Notes: a model not told the origin generated them from the sequence alone. 61,937 bases of DNA, filler included, from Sphacelaria rigidula (GCA_964200075.2; 10 parts of 10 records of this genome joined end to end with filler, not necessarily neighbours in it), one strand, 5' to 3'. Positions 24,966-38,842 are shown, counted from the first letter of the whole stretch. Made by a program: numbers and translations.

Positions 24966-25390
24966 GGCAAGGGTCTGTCGAGCGGAAATTATCGGACACG
25001 TAGGCCACCCCCCCCCCTCCCGGAGGGCATTTTTTCGAAAATTGTCGTGATTTTTTCGATTTCTTCTGTCAAGTTTCTCGCAAGGAAGTATCAATAAACA
25101 CTGCTTTTATTATTTTTGTTCATTTTGTTGCAAGAAATTGATCAATAGACGCTGACAAAAACGGAAAAGTCTGGTGGGCTTTGTGGGGTTCGTGTATCTG
25201 CTTCTGCTCCTTGCCCGTTCTGTCCCGATGACCTCAGATGCGGGAGGGCATTTTTCCGACAAATAAAATTATCCCGTTTTTCTTAATATTTTCTGTTGAC
25301 TTTATTCCAAGAAATGAATCAATGAACGTTGACAAAACCCGAAGATTTTGGTGGGCTTTGCGGGGTATATGTTTGCTTCTGCTCCTCTAC
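24966..25390 (+). mobile_element. Probable DNA transposon end with duplicated subterminal blocks; related sequence at ~43260-43300
   Basis: GCAAGGGTCTGTC...GGACACGTAGGCC occurs on two contigs. GGAGGGCATTTTT...TGGTGGGCTTTG..GCTTCTGCTCC block occurs twice. Confidence 0.45.
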
Positions 25391-25759
25391 ATATTTATTT
25401 ATATATTTATAAAATACATAATATATAATATAAGGATCGTATGTTATATATTATATAGGATGTCTCTATATATATTAACATATAATTATATAATATAGTA
25501 TGTGCTGCCCCTTGATGAGTATTCATGTATATAATTATATAATATATAAATATATTGTATATAATATATACAATATAGTATGTATTAAGGAGAAGAAGCA
25601 TTTGTGTCATAGAGACCTATAATATATGACAAATAATATATAATACATAATGTACAAGGATCTCTACTGTCTAGGGCAGCTGACCGCATCCGCCAACGCT
25701 TCGGCGAAAACCCAGGGGACACACAGCTGGGTGTCCCCCCCCCCTACCCCCCCCGAGAG

Positions 25760-26058
25760 TGTAAAGCGTCCTGCAGCTGCAGCGGTGCTGTGCTGCGTGT
25801 GCTTTGTGGACTGAGTAGCCTACCGCGGAGGATTACACTCGGGCTACGGTTTGATCCATCAGAGAAATTGACTGAAGAAATGAATATGTTTATGATTAAC
25901 TGACTCCCGAAGTGAAGTTTTCGCTCGTGGTGATGAAGAAGAGAAGTAGTAGACGAGAGTGATCAGGTGGGTGAGCACCAAGTGTGCGAGCCTACCGATC
26001 AGCTAATAAACTCCCAGAACTTCCACACGTCTAGGACACCCATACCATTTCCTTGACA
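25760..26058 (-). mobile_element. Putative 3' LTR of the Copia element at 26341-30921
   Basis: Minus strand: purine tract GAGGGG, then TGTCAAG...CTTTACA (6/7 inverted termini), ~280 bp after the pol stop. Confidence 0.65.
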
Positions 26059-26340
26059 CGACCCCTCGATCAGGCAACTAGTTCAAGATAATAGAGGGAG
26101 CATTGCAAAGCTTGCCAAACTGCCTCGACCCCTTGGCTAGTATCGTATCAAAAGCATTCTACTACACACGACTGATTCCTGATCATGGAAAAAATCCATC
26201 AGGTATAACGACTCGTTCAGTCATTACCCTCCTCGACCCCTTAGTTGGCTACGTATCAAAACTAAAGAGACAAAAAACACTTATCCGGTGCAGACCTTTT
26301 GCGCCTATCCAAGTCTACATGACTGTTTCACGTCCTTTAT

Positions 26341-29300
26341 TCAACAACTGAAGTCCTTGATCTGTTTCACAATTGAAGCGAAACGGTGCTTCGGTAGATG
26401 CTTTGTTGCCAAGTCAGCGAGCTGTTTCTCGCTGGGCTGGTGATGGAGCCTGATCTGGTTCCGCTTGATGAGCTCCCTCACGAAGAAGTAGCGGAGTACT
26501 ATGTGCTTGGTACGAGAGCTGAACATAGCATTCCCTCCCACAGTCAAAGCTCCGGTGCTGTCGCTGTTGATAGGCACCGATCCGAAGGTCTTGAATCCAA
26601 GTTCCCTCATGAAGTTCGAGAGATACACCGCTTCCCTGGCACCAAAGCTGAGCGCTTGAAGCTCAGCTTCGACTGTGCTCTGCGCCGTGAGAGACTGAGT
26701 CTTGGACCCGAAGCTGATGAGTCCCCCTCCCAGAAAGAAGAGGTATCCTGTAGTGCATTTCCCGTTGTCTGGGTTTGCTCCAAAGGATGAGTCGGTGAAT
26801 GCCGTGAGTCGGTATCGTCCCTGCTTGTAGACGATGGGAAGATCCGGGGCGCCGCGAAGGTATCGTAGCACATGCTTGGCTGCAGTCAGGTGCACCTGTG
26901 CTGGGTTGTCGCATGCTCTCGTCAGTTGGTGAGCTGCATAACACAGGTTGTATCTTGTGCATTGAGCAAGGTAGAGCAAGCTCCCCGTGATGGACTGGTA
27001 CAATTTCTTGTCTGCGGCTCCAAGAAGCCGATCTTGAGGTTGATCCGTGGAGAGCTCTCCTCCATATCTTGGCGTGCTAACCGGATTGGCATCTTGCGTT
27101 CCAAATCGTTCCAGACTCGTGGCGACGTAGTGCTCTTGCGAGATAGCCATCGTCCCGCGTTCGTAGTCCCTCTGGACCTCGATGCCGAGAATGCGCTTGA
27201 CTTCTCCCATGTCGGTCATCTCGAACCGATGCGTGAGTTCCTTCTTCTTCTTGACCAAGTCCTGATCCTTTCCATTGATGAGGATGCCGTCGACGTATAC
27301 GATGAGGATTACCAGAGTGTCGCCGCTTCCGTAGACATATACGCAGGGGTCTGACTGCGTACGTTTACGTTCGAACACGACGAGTGCTTCGTCCAGAGTG
27401 TCGTTCCACAAAGACGGGGACTGTGACAATCCGTAGAGGCTGCGCTCTAGCAAACTACTGGCTCGCCTGTCACGGGGTCCTTGAGCCTGTCGCCTGGGGC
27501 GGGTTTGACGTACACGTCTCTGTCGCAGTGAGCGTTCAGGAATGCCACCACCACGTCCATTTGATAAACTGGCCATCCTTTGTCGCAGGCTATGGCCAAC
27601 ACCATACGAATGCTCCCAAGACGACATACTGGCGCGTAACTCCTCCCGTAGTCATGTCCTGCTTCTTGTAGGTGCCCACCGACGACCAAGCGTGCTTTGA
27701 AGCGACCATCCATCCACCTTTTGCTTGAAGATAAACTTTGTGGGAAGGATCTTTTCTCCCTTGGGCACGCTACTAAGTGGAATGCGGTTGTAGACGTGGT
27801 GTTTCTGTAGGCTGTCCATTTCTTTCCCGCATGCGCCTTTCCATTCCTTGTGTTGAGGGGAGTCCGTGGCTTCGGCGTAGGTACTGGGAATCGTGATCGC
27901 TTGTTTTGTCTCCTCCAAGAGCCCTTCCAGAGTACTGCTGGTGGCGTACACGCAAGTCTGAGAATTCAGAAAAGGGTCTTCGTCAAAATGGGCGAAACTC
28001 TCGACGTCAGCAGGGCACGGGCGGTGTGCTTGTTCGGCAATCTCCGCCAACTGGGCAGAAGTGAGGCAAGTAGGACCGATCCGACTGACGGCCGAGTGGG
28101 AGCGGCCACTGTTCGTCATGTTCACTTCCAGAGAGCTTGGAACAAGATCAAGGTCGACAGGATTGTCGTGAGTCGGATTCCTGCGTGTGGCAGCGCGAGT
28201 CACCTCAAAGCGTCGCATGCCCGACGGGGCAGCCGATGGCCCCGGCGATCCTCCAGCTGTTGTAGCGCTTCCGTCGTTGTTCGGCGTCGTTGATGATCCC
28301 GGCATGATTGATCCATGTTCCGGAGATGGAGAATCCGAAGGATTCTGGCCACTGTCGGAGGCGAGATGATCATCATATCCAGCATCGCTTGCTGCATCAA
28401 GGCGCAGCTCTTCCCGAGCGATGTTGTCTCGTTGCATGCTCCTGAGTTCCTGTCGAAGAAGCTCGTTCTGGGTCTGGAAGTCCAACTCGTCAACGTGCGA
28501 TCCACTGAAGTCATCAGTCGATCCGTCGTTCCCAATAAAGGAAGTGAAGCTCAGGACATCACTTTCGTAGCCATGGTCTTCATCGGAGAATTGGTAGGGG
28601 ACGGTTCGAGCCGGTGTTTCGATGAAAGTCACATCTCGGCTCTCGACTACAGGTCGTTGGATGGGTTGTGGACGCGGTAAGTCTTGCTGTCCAGTCCGAA
28701 CCCACAGAGTTTGCCCTCGAAAGCCGCGTCTTCCAGCTTCTTCTTGTACCGCTCGTGATGGACAAATGCGCGGGCTCCGATAACGCGAAGTCTTGAGAGG
28801 TCGGGCGTCTTAATATACATCCTCGAGTACGGCGTAGCTCCTCCTAACATCGAGTGTGGCGATCTGTTGGCCAGATATGCCGCAGTGAGCATCAGTTCGC
28901 CCCACATAAACGGCGGAAAGTCTCCATCTCGTAAGAGACACCTTGTGATCCCTACCAGGGTCTGGCTGTCTCTCTCTGACACACCGATTTGTTGAGGAAT
29001 ATTGGTGGCGGCGTACTCGATCTTGATTCCAGACTCCTTGCGGTAGGCGCGGAACTCCTCCCCGGTATTCTCTCCTCCTTTGTCGCATCGCATAATTTCA
29101 ATGTGGTAGCCCCCGGCAGCCGCCACTTGCATGTTGTAGGCGTGAAGGGCTTCCGTTGTCTCGGTCTTGTGGCGGAGCAGGAATACTTCCTTCATTCTTC
29201 AGTAACCATCGGTGAACTTGCACACATAGGAGAACGTGCCTCCTTTCGACCTCGCAGGTGGCTCGATCGGTCCCATGTTGTCGATGTATACAAGTCGTCC

Positions 29301-30921
29301 TGGTCGAGACAGCTTGCGAGTGGTCTTCTTTGGATGAGAAATTTGCTCGTGCTTGGCGATCTCGCATACGTCGCAGGGTGATGGTTTGTCCTGGTATTCG
29401 ACGCCGGTGCCTTTTTGCTGGCGCAAGATGTCCATGCTGCGCTGATTGAGGTGTCCAAGTCTCCGGTGCCAAATGTCTGCGCTTACCGCGAGAGAACACA
29501 CCGCACTAGGTTTGTTGACCAGTGTTGTGGTCTCGGGTCTTCCGAAGGCGCTCGGTCCGGCCTCCTTCCTCGGTGGCTTGGGGACGGATGTCGCAGGTGT
29601 GATGCTTTCCTCGAAGCCGACGTCCAGTGTGCACATCCCTTGGTCTCGTGGATCCTGTGTGAGAGGTACGACTGCGCCATGCATTATGAGGTGTGGAGTG
29701 TCCTCTTCGACGACGAATCTAAGTCCCTTCTTCAGAAGCTATGTGGGCGAGAAGATGTTGCGTCCCAGACCTGGAACGATGAGGCCCTGTATTCGCACTG
29801 GCAGTTGATGCCCATTGCCGTCCTTGATTGTGCAGTCTACAATCCCTGTCCCCGTTTCTTTCAGTTGACCCTGACCCGCTACTTCGATGATCTTCGGCAT
29901 GGAGCGCTCCTTGTACTCGCGGATGTGTCTCCTCGAGATTAGTCTGTCATCGAACATGGTCTCTGATGCGCCTGAGTCTATTAGAAATGGCGTTCTTGTG
30001 GCGCTCGCTGTGAAGTTCCATCCTCTATTTGGAGAGCACGTAGCGAACATGAAGCCGCCGTCGAAGTCGTCCTCTTCGCGGGTGAAGTCGATAGCTGCCT
30101 TCTCGTTGCTCGTTTCTTGCTTGTCGAAAATGATGCGCAGTGAGCGCAGCGCGAGCATGCCGAGAATGCCTTGCTTGCTTCTTTCGTCTCTTCGGGTCGC
30201 TTTGCTCCTTGCTTGTAGCATTCTTCGTCCGAGTGAGTCGTGGTGTTGTGGATGGCGCACTATTTTGTAGCTCCAGCGGGCTTCGTTTTCTTCTTCCGTT
30301 TGGGCTTGAGCCTTGGACAGTTCCTCCTGATGTGCCCGGTTTCGTTGCAGTCGTGACAGGCCACTTCAGACACCGCAGCAGTCATTGCAAATCCTCGACG
30401 GGCAATTCGCCCGTTCGATCCTTGGCGTGATTGCGCGTCCATAAAAATGTACCGCAATGTCGATTGCATTTTTAGCACGTCGAACGTGGGGTCGCGAAAC
30501 ACCATCATCTTGACGTCGTTGTACTCGTCGGAGAAGCCTTGCACACAGATGTCCTTGAATCGACGATCGGAGATAGTTTTCCCCATTTCTCGATCTGTGC
30601 GGGAAGAAGATGTTTCTGGTTGAAGTAGACGTCCCGGTTCTCACCAGTGTTCATAGGGGAGTTCTCCAGCTCCAACATCTTTGCTCGAATCACCTCATCG
30701 GCCACTCTGTCGTAGTTTGCTGCAGAGCTCTTTGAAGGCTGCCTGTCCGTCGCCGCTGACCCCGCTGTCATCTTCATGCTTGTGTACCGACAAGGCGGCC
30801 GGTAGTTCGACGAGTAGAAACAGGAAAGCGTAGAAATCTTCGTTCGACCTTACCCGAGGGATTGCGGCTTCCCCGTCCGCCCGCCAGGTTTGAAAGAAGG
30901 ACAGCATAGTTTTTGAGACCG
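26341..30921 (-). mobile_element. Ty1/Copia gag-pol, nearly full length, frameshifted, 5'-truncated by the contig end
   Basis: Zinc knuckle CHDCNETGHIRRNC, protease LIDSGASETM, WHRRLGH..CDVC, RCDKGGE..PQQIGVSER, FKARLV, QMDVVVAFLNA, SLYGLSQSPSLW, VYVDG, TDSSF, SSRTKHI, QLADLATK. Confidence 0.97.
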
Positions 30922-31950
30922 NNNNNNNNNNNNNNNNNNNNNNNNNNNNNNNNNNNNNNNNNNNNTTAATTAATTAANNNNNNNNNNNNNNNNNNNNNNN
31001 NNNNNNNNNNNNNNNNNNNNNGCCGCATCCTGTCGGAAGCTCTCTACCGCAACCCATACTGCTTGCTACATCAGATGTACATTACCTAATGCGCACCCTG
31101 CACCTGAAAACAGGTCGGGTGAAACTTCGGGTCTTCGTCATAACCATGCAGTTACATACGCGGATTTTCGGCAGCACGCCACTGTGTGGTGCAGATGCCA
31201 GACATGTCATTCCTAACGAGCCTCATTGGTCGTTCCGGAGGCCCGGTCCCAAAAGGGTTAAAGTCGGCATTCCTGGTATATATTACAGTAATTTACGGTC
31301 AAATATATCAGGAACCTCAAGTTCGAGATACCTCAATCACTAGAGTTTTTCCGGAACTCCTTGTTTTTTTCTTCAGCGTATATTTTGTCCGCGTATATAT
31401 GTTCATCTATTCTATCAAATTTGACACTTCCGATAACTCTCAATAATACCTTTCCTGACGTTTTGAGTTCCACATGTGTTTCGTTGAAGACGAAGAAATA
31501 ATATTTGCGTGAAAATGAGTCTAGGATAAGATTGAGAGTAAGAAGCGGGCTCTTCATGAATTAAATAGTTTCAGTTCCGAAGTGTCCCTCCGGGCCTTTT
31601 ACAAGACCCGATACGCTTCCTGTAGTAGCTCGCCACTGGATCCTTTGATATCCCTGAGTAGGATATTGACGTGTAGCTGTAAGCACACGGCAGTGTTACA
31701 GGTGAAAAAAAGCACACCTAAGATAAAGAATTGGTCAGGTTAGAGCGAATAATAAAAGTCAATCTCAATCAACTCTAGACTATGAATTTCACGAAAATAT
31801 CGTCAGGAGTGTTCGAAAGTGTTTCTCACTTCATGAAACATATACGAGCACGCTGACGAACGATGGGCTTACGAAAAACAAAGGAGGGGAGCGTTTCCGA
31901 CACTTTTTACGGTTGGTGATAACCGAATCCGTCATCACGAATTAATCAGC

Positions 31951-32094
31951 ATAGTGCGGTAAGTGTGCCGCACAAATGTGCCCGCCAGGCCTCGATTGAG
32001 CCTTTTTTGTTTGCATTCTAATCGATTCATGGGTTCATTTTTACATTGATATTCATTGATGGAGACCCGATCAGTTTCTCCACGTTATTATTAA

Positions 32095-32164
<70 letters not shown>

Positions 32165-32810
32165 GTTATTGTTATTGTTATTATTATCATTATTATCATT
32201 ATTATTATTATTATTGTTATTGTTATTATTATTGTTATTGTTATTGTTATTGTTATTGTTATTGTTATTGTTATTGTTATTGTTATTATTATTTTATTTT
32301 TATTATGATTTTTATTTTTATTATGATTTTTATTATTATTATTAATGATGATCATAATGATTATAATGATCATGATGATTATGATGATCATGATGATTAT
32401 GATGATCATAACGATTATGATGATGATGACGATTATGACGATCATAATGATGATGATCATGATGATCATGATGATCGTCATAATCATCATGATCATGATG
32501 ATTATTTCTGCACATTATTATATTATAATATTATATTAGTGCGGTAAGTGTGCTGCACAAATGTGCCCGCCAGGCCCCGATTGATCTTTTTTTGTTTGCA
32601 ATCTTATCGATTCATGGGTTCATTTATACATTGATATTCATTGATGGAGACCCAATCGATTTCTTGCCGTTATTATTATTATTAATGATGATGATGATGA
32701 TGATGATTATGATTATGATGATGATGATGATGATGATTATGATTATGATTACTATAATTACTTTGATTATGATGATTATGATGATTACGATTATTATTTC
32801 TGCACATTAG
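31951..32810. repeat. Two tandem units of a ~125-bp unique segment plus compound (ATT)n/(ATTGTT)n/(GAT)n microsatellite
   Basis: TAGTGCGGTAAGTGTG...TTGATGGAGACCC at ~31952 and ~32537, each followed by triplet tracts ending TTTCTGCACATTA. Confidence 0.9.
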
Positions 32811-33867
32811 TCCGATATCGCAAACCCGTGGTCACAGACGTAGGCTCGCCTTTCCAATACCGTCCCTGCTATTCCTTACAAGACATATTGCCAAAAATAA
32901 AAATAAATATAAGAAGAGAGACGCCACGATAACCGGTGACAAGTAGCTCCCCCCAGTTCAACGTGGAGAGAAAAGAAAGAAAGAGAAACAAACAAACGAA
33001 AAACAAAACGCCAGATCTGTCAAAAATGTACACCGAAAGAAACGAAGAGAGAAGATAATAAAGGCCGTAAGCATAGACTAATCCGCTACAAGATTCTGTC
33101 GGTGGTCCGCTGAAATATACACCTGACGCGACGCACACTCACTGCACTCACTGCACAGGGGAGATCGACTGAAGGAAACTCAAGAAAACGCTGGGTGGCG
33201 TACTCATTTGTTGCTCACCTCAAGTCATTTGGCCATTGACCACGCATCCCTTTCGAGGCGGAGCACCGTTCACCCCCCCGTTACTAAGGCAAGCAACAAA
33301 TGAGTACGCCCCCCCCCCCCCCGGTCTCACTCTGTACCCCCCTACCCCCCAAAACTTGTCTGAATAGGTACTATACTTCAGGGGGCGAGATCCTCACAAC
33401 GAAAGTGAGCGCCCAAGGACAGAAGAAATACGCGGCGGGTGACGTACGTAAGATTGACAGCGAGATAGGATACGAGAGGAGAAAAGGGGTTAGAGGGCGA
33501 GAGATATATACACAGAGAAAGGGAGGGAGCGATAGCGAATCTTATTGGAAGATTCAACCATGACGGGCGCCTACTGCTGCTGCCAACCGAAACGTGGCGA
33601 GTTGACAAGAGCAAAAAAACTTCATATCCGCGCACCGAAAATCCGGGGTCCACAAAACGGCGCAGAAAAGAGCCAACTTTTGGGTTTTTTTCACCTGCAG
33701 TCTACACCACGAAAAGCGGAGATCGTTCATTGGGGTTACAACTGGCGAACTTGGAGTGGAAGGTGAGCCGGAGCGGGAGGTGGGATGTTCTCATGATCTT
33801 GTATACCGCAGTCATGTAAGACCAATGGAGGCGGGAGGTGGGGGTGGGGAAGGGGTATACTCATGCT

Positions 33868-34003
33868 CTTGCATGCCGTAGTCATATGACCTCGCATGGC
33901 CCTACAGAGCCGGGACGGAGCACGCCGGGTTTTCACTGGACCAGGCTCGCAATCAACCACCACGCGCGAAGCTCCGTGATGTGTTTGGCGAGTCGCATGA
34001 AGG
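33868..34003 (+). repeat. ~135-bp dispersed repeat; second copy at 49745-49882
   Basis: CTTGCATGCCG.AGTCATATGACC...AGGCTCGCAA...CCGTGATG..GGCGAGTCG.ATGAAGG is shared between two contigs. Confidence 0.8.
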
Positions 34004-34971
34004 ATGCGTGTGCGGGATCTGCGTACTTATGACCGACAGGCAATCGTTTATAATATGCTGTGCTGTGCGGTTTTTGGTGTGTGCATCAATTACGTGTATA
34101 TCTTGTTTATTTGTGTTATTATCATCGTGATGGAAAATCATCTTTGGTATTGCAACTTACTATTACCCTACTATCGTCATGACTATCATTCTGGTAATGA
34201 TTATCGGCATCATTGATATTAGGATCATCTTGTTATGATAATTGAGATGATGATGATGATGACAATGATGATTCTGATGATTCTGATGGCCGTTATTTCC
34301 GCTTAATTGTGTTATGATTCAACGTTATCGTTTCTACTATCATGGGAGGTACGTTTCTTTCCCACGCCACAGGCAGGTATGTCGGGGTGTAATCATGTAT
34401 CTACTATATTGACACGTGTTTTTATTTTACTCTCCGGAATCCCAAGTGTTCATTTCTCAACATCATCACCTATGCCATCATTTTTGTTTCATCTATCCTG
34501 AAGTTTTTGACGAACAGATTATTTCAGTATTGCTCTTGCTTTTCTGGAACTGTGAATTCATGATGAAGTGATGAGAAAAACGAAACAAAAAATCACCATC
34601 ATTATGATCATAACTGCAATATTGCATTTCTATTTGATATTGTGATATCATGATGAATGATGACTGACCACTTCTGTTGATATTGAAAATGCTCTTTCTT
34701 TTTTTTTTGTATCGCAGGCGGGATATATGTGCCACCGGCCTACTGGCAACTATCCTGGTCGTGCTGGCTCTTACCGTGGGCGGATTTATGGACTCCATAC
34801 GTATCATTCACATCCGAGCGGATGTTTGTACAAACGGGGACAGCACCCTCGCGGAAAACATGGCAATCATGCGTAACATCACGAGGTATTAGACCGTGTT
34901 TTCGCCAGACGAGACAAAGTGAGAATGCCCTGTGGGAGTGAGGGGGCGATTCTGGCGTTTTTTTTTCTTTA

Positions 34972-35226
34972 TAGCAACGCTACGGTAGGGGTGCACTTTT
35001 TGCGCTAAATGTTGTCTGGTTCAGGGGCTCGTAACGATTCTAGATGCACAAGAGTATCGGTAATGGCATCCCCGTTTGCAAGTTCATTCGAGATACTACT
35101 GGCCCATTGGAAGAGATTTCCTGGCCTACTCTCATATATACACATGTCGTGTTTTGGATGAGATGAAGAGCCCCAAACAATTCTAGCCTCAAAAGATATT
35201 TGTGCACCTCTACCGTAGCATCACTC
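34972..35226 (+). mobile_element. ~255-bp MITE (copy 1; homolog at 45115-45370)
   Basis: TIRs GCTACGGTAGGGGTGCAC / GTGCACCTCTACCGTAGC; colinear with copy 2. Confidence 0.85.
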
Positions 35227-35962
35227 TCTTCTTTTGTCCTTCCACGTGGTTGCCCGTCAGCTCTCAACCAATCGGAAGGGCGAAACATGAACCGAAATTT
35301 TTCATGTAATTAATAACTAATATCGACGAGGGCAAAAACGGACCACCGGATTTTTGTCGCGGTAGAAAAAGTTGAGGGAAGCACACCGCAGAAGGAAGGC
35401 ACGGGAAGAATTTAAGGGAAGAAAAAAAATCACACGTCGGACAGATCATGATCTGTCTGAAATAACCAATCAAAGGGAGAAGACTCTCGAATCTTTCGGT
35501 CCAAAAACACGAGATATGTGACCGCGGAGTCAGAGAAAATGGCCGAAGCGCTAGCCTTTGCGGTACTCGGCGTGCTCGGCCTCCGGCGCTGCAAGGAGCA
35601 TGGAAAAAGGGAACCAAGTGGTCCGGATCATGACCCGGATCAGCTTACGGAGAAGAAGTGATTTTCAGACAGATCATGATATGTCGGATGTGTGAAAAAA
35701 AAAAAACTCGTGTATGTGCCCTTGACCTCCCTCCTGCTGCGTGACTCCAGCTGGTGAGCCCAGCTGGTGCGTGCGCCCACATACACGGTGTTTTAATTCA
35801 TGCGCGAGTGAGGGGGTGAGCGGCGCAGGCATGTGACGTTTTTGACAGACCGTGCGAAAACCTAGGGAGGCGAAAGTGACAAATCGATTTGTAGCAAGAC
35901 ACGAGTCGTGCGGGTGGTTATTGTTTTTGACCGTGGCAAGCAAGCCGGGCGTTTTGTTGAAA

Positions 35963-36272
35963 TTGTTGGGGAAGCGACCGGTTTACCCATTGAACCAGTG
36001 AGCGCTCACTGGTTGGTTCAATGGGTAAACCGGTCGCTTCCCGAACAAAAAATATGCTGTGTGGTCCGTCCCGGCATGACACATCGGTGATCTTTGGGGC
36101 CGCTTACCCCTCGCAAGCCTCGTTGTTCACATGTCGAACTCGTTACTTCCACAATCGTTCATGCCGGGACTCGAACCGCATATCTTTTGTTCGAGAAGCG
36201 AACAGTTTTACCCATTGAACCAATCAGTGAGCGCTCACTGGTTCGACGGGTAAACTGTTCGCTTCCCGAACA
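35963..36272. repeat. Pair of ~85-bp palindromes built from tRNA-like (Pol III A/B box) heads; SINE- or MITE-like
   Basis: Both palindromes are centred on CAGTGAGCGCTCACTG. Minus-strand A box TGGTTCAATGG (36222-36212) and B box GGTTCGAGTCC (36177-36167). Confidence 0.7.
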
Positions 36273-36283
36273 GAAATCATTAC

Positions 36284-36316
<33 letters not shown>

Positions 36317-38842
36317 TTTACGTCATTTCTTGTTATAGATGTATAAATGTATATACGTATCGCTCCACCGGTACACGCCTTACAATTTGGTATTTTCGAG
36401 GCACAGCAACCATACATGGGGATAATTTTGTAGTAAATAAAATTATTTGCACGAAGCGCGATCATGTCCGAGCGTTCAAGATCGGCACCCTGCACAGACT
36501 GAGGGCCTTAACCTGCAGCAGGGCCCGTTTAAAATCAGCCGAGGAACGAAAACATGAAACATGTCTTGTTTCACTGTACTGCATCACAAAACACTCACGT
36601 CCGCTCTCATGTGCTGCAGCTATCACTGTTCTGTGGTGTGTTTAGAGCTTGCGAAGACTTTTTGGTCCCGGCCGAGATTGCTGGATGTGCTGTTTTTTTG
36701 TGTTCGTCTGTCTGTAATCTATAGTATCAGTCGGGACGCAGTGCTGTCTACTGTCTACACACTTGACTGTCTGTTGAAAACTTCATGTTACTCGGACCCA
36801 TCACTCGCGCGATACCGAATATGGCTGGGTAAAGGCACAAAACCAGCACCGGCATACACCGCTCGACCGGCTGGGCCAGACCCCATGCTGCAATGAAAGG
36901 AGCAACGCAGAGCACAGTAGTGCGGATATACTGCACCGCCAGGGTACTGCTTGCACCCGTCAGCATGACGGCTGCTGCCGTTGGCATTGGCGCCAGCGCT
37001 CGCGACCACGAGAAGACATAACCAGCCATACGAGTACTAAGATGGTGATATACTGATACACGAGTGTGGCAATGATCCACTGCGGCGGCAATATACAATT
37101 TGCTGTCTGCTTGTCTGCTTGCAGCNNNNNNNNNNNNNNNNNNNNNNNNNNNNNNNNNNNNNNNNNNNNTTAATTAATTAANNNNNNNNNNNNNNNNNNN
37201 NNNNNNNNNNNNNNNNNNNNNNNNNCCCCCCTCAAGAGAAAAAACATGGGCCCGGTGGTCGCCCGCCGCGAGTCGACGGCACGTTTTGCGTTTGCTTTGA
37301 TGCTCGCCAGTTCGGCCGCGGTCCGGTGTGCCGCCGCTTGAGCGCCAGCTGCGGATGCTTTCTCTTGAGGAGAGGTTTCGACGTGAGTAAAGAACTCACC
37401 TTCCACCTCCAACAACTAACGCTGAAGGTGGCAACAACTAACGCTGAAGGTGGCATACGTTACGCAGGCATCCGCCCATGAGCTGCAACACTTGGCCAAT
37501 TTCCAGACAACGGATTTGGAAAAACCGGTGCCACCAGGCTTGACCCCTATGGACATGCCGGCCGATGTGCATTTTCACACTTTCGTTGCGTCCCTGTTTA
37601 CGGTTTTGCTCACCCCCATGCAGCACGCTCCCGACCTATGCAAGACATGCACGCGCGCCCTCCAGTCGGACTTTCAGTCAGTCGTCACCCAGGTACGGGA
37701 GTACACAGAATATCACTACACATAACTATGCCCGCATGGGATGACAGTCCGAGCCATGCTTCTCACAGCCATGTACACCGACATCGAGGAGTTCTTCTAC
37801 CGGGTGGCACTTTAGGCCCAAAACCTCCGCAGGACGTATCCAGCCGCCGTCCCACCATCGACGACGGGAGAGCCGGTAGCGGCGCCGGCTTTTACAAAAC
37901 TCAAAGACCTCGTCCCCGAGGACGGGCCTAACTGCCTCGTCGAAAACTCTTCATTCTGGCCCGTCGGGGAGGGAAAGTCCAACAAGCAACAAAAAGCGAC
38001 GTCGCTGGCAGGTACTGCAGCTCCGCCTCCTTCGAGCAACACCACCTCGGCTGGACCCCCGTCGAACTTTGCCCAGAGAAACGTCAAGTGGCAGACCCCA
38101 AAGGATGTTTGTGTTAACCATTGGCAAAAACAACCGTGTGCGCGGACAAACTGCAGTTTTTTCCACGACATCTCTTCACTGGCAACCGGGCAGGCGCAGG
38201 CTACGCTGGCACCGACAGTGCCGGCGCCGGCCCAAGCAGCGATATCACCCCCGCCCCCGCCGTCCTCGGCAACCCCGTCACAGCATACAGTACCTCGGGT
38301 ACATCGACCGCCCGCTCAGCAGCAGCAGCAATCGGCGCCCGCCCCTGCATCGGTAGCACGCTATTCCCACGGGTACGGAGGGAGCGGCGGCGGAAGGGGG
38401 GGAGGCGCCGCCGGCGGGAGGGGAAACGGGAGCGGACGAGGGAACGGGCTCTGCCCACCGGTAGGGCCGACATCGAGAAGCGGATAGGGACGTGGAGACG
38501 ATGTTTGTGAACACCTCTAGGTCCGTGGGGCTTGCCGGGGAACCTTCACCTGGGTCGGTCCCAGCGACCGTGTTTCATGGTGAGAGATGTCGAGAGCAGA
38601 CAGCGGTAGCGGTGCCTGACGACCCAGGTTGTGAGTACATGAAGAATCAGGGTTACGAAAGGAACGGAGTATCAGTGTGCCTTCGCCAGTATGTCGCGTC
38701 AGTTAGTGCAGGACATGATCGCGTAACTCACCAGATAGCACACACACACTCAGTTTCGCTCACACAGAAGGTCGGTGTAGCGCCACCGACTACAGTAATC
38801 TCTGGCACGTTGCAACAAGCCACGCCAGTTCCGCATGGACCA

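Noticed and set aside
32046..32810. Poly-Leu/Ile/Met membrane-protein ORFs
   Set aside because: Translations of triplet microsatellites.
36160..36232. Functional tRNA gene
   Set aside because: A and B boxes are present, but there is no convincing acceptor stem and the anticodon loop is non-canonical. Treated as a tRNA-derived repeat.
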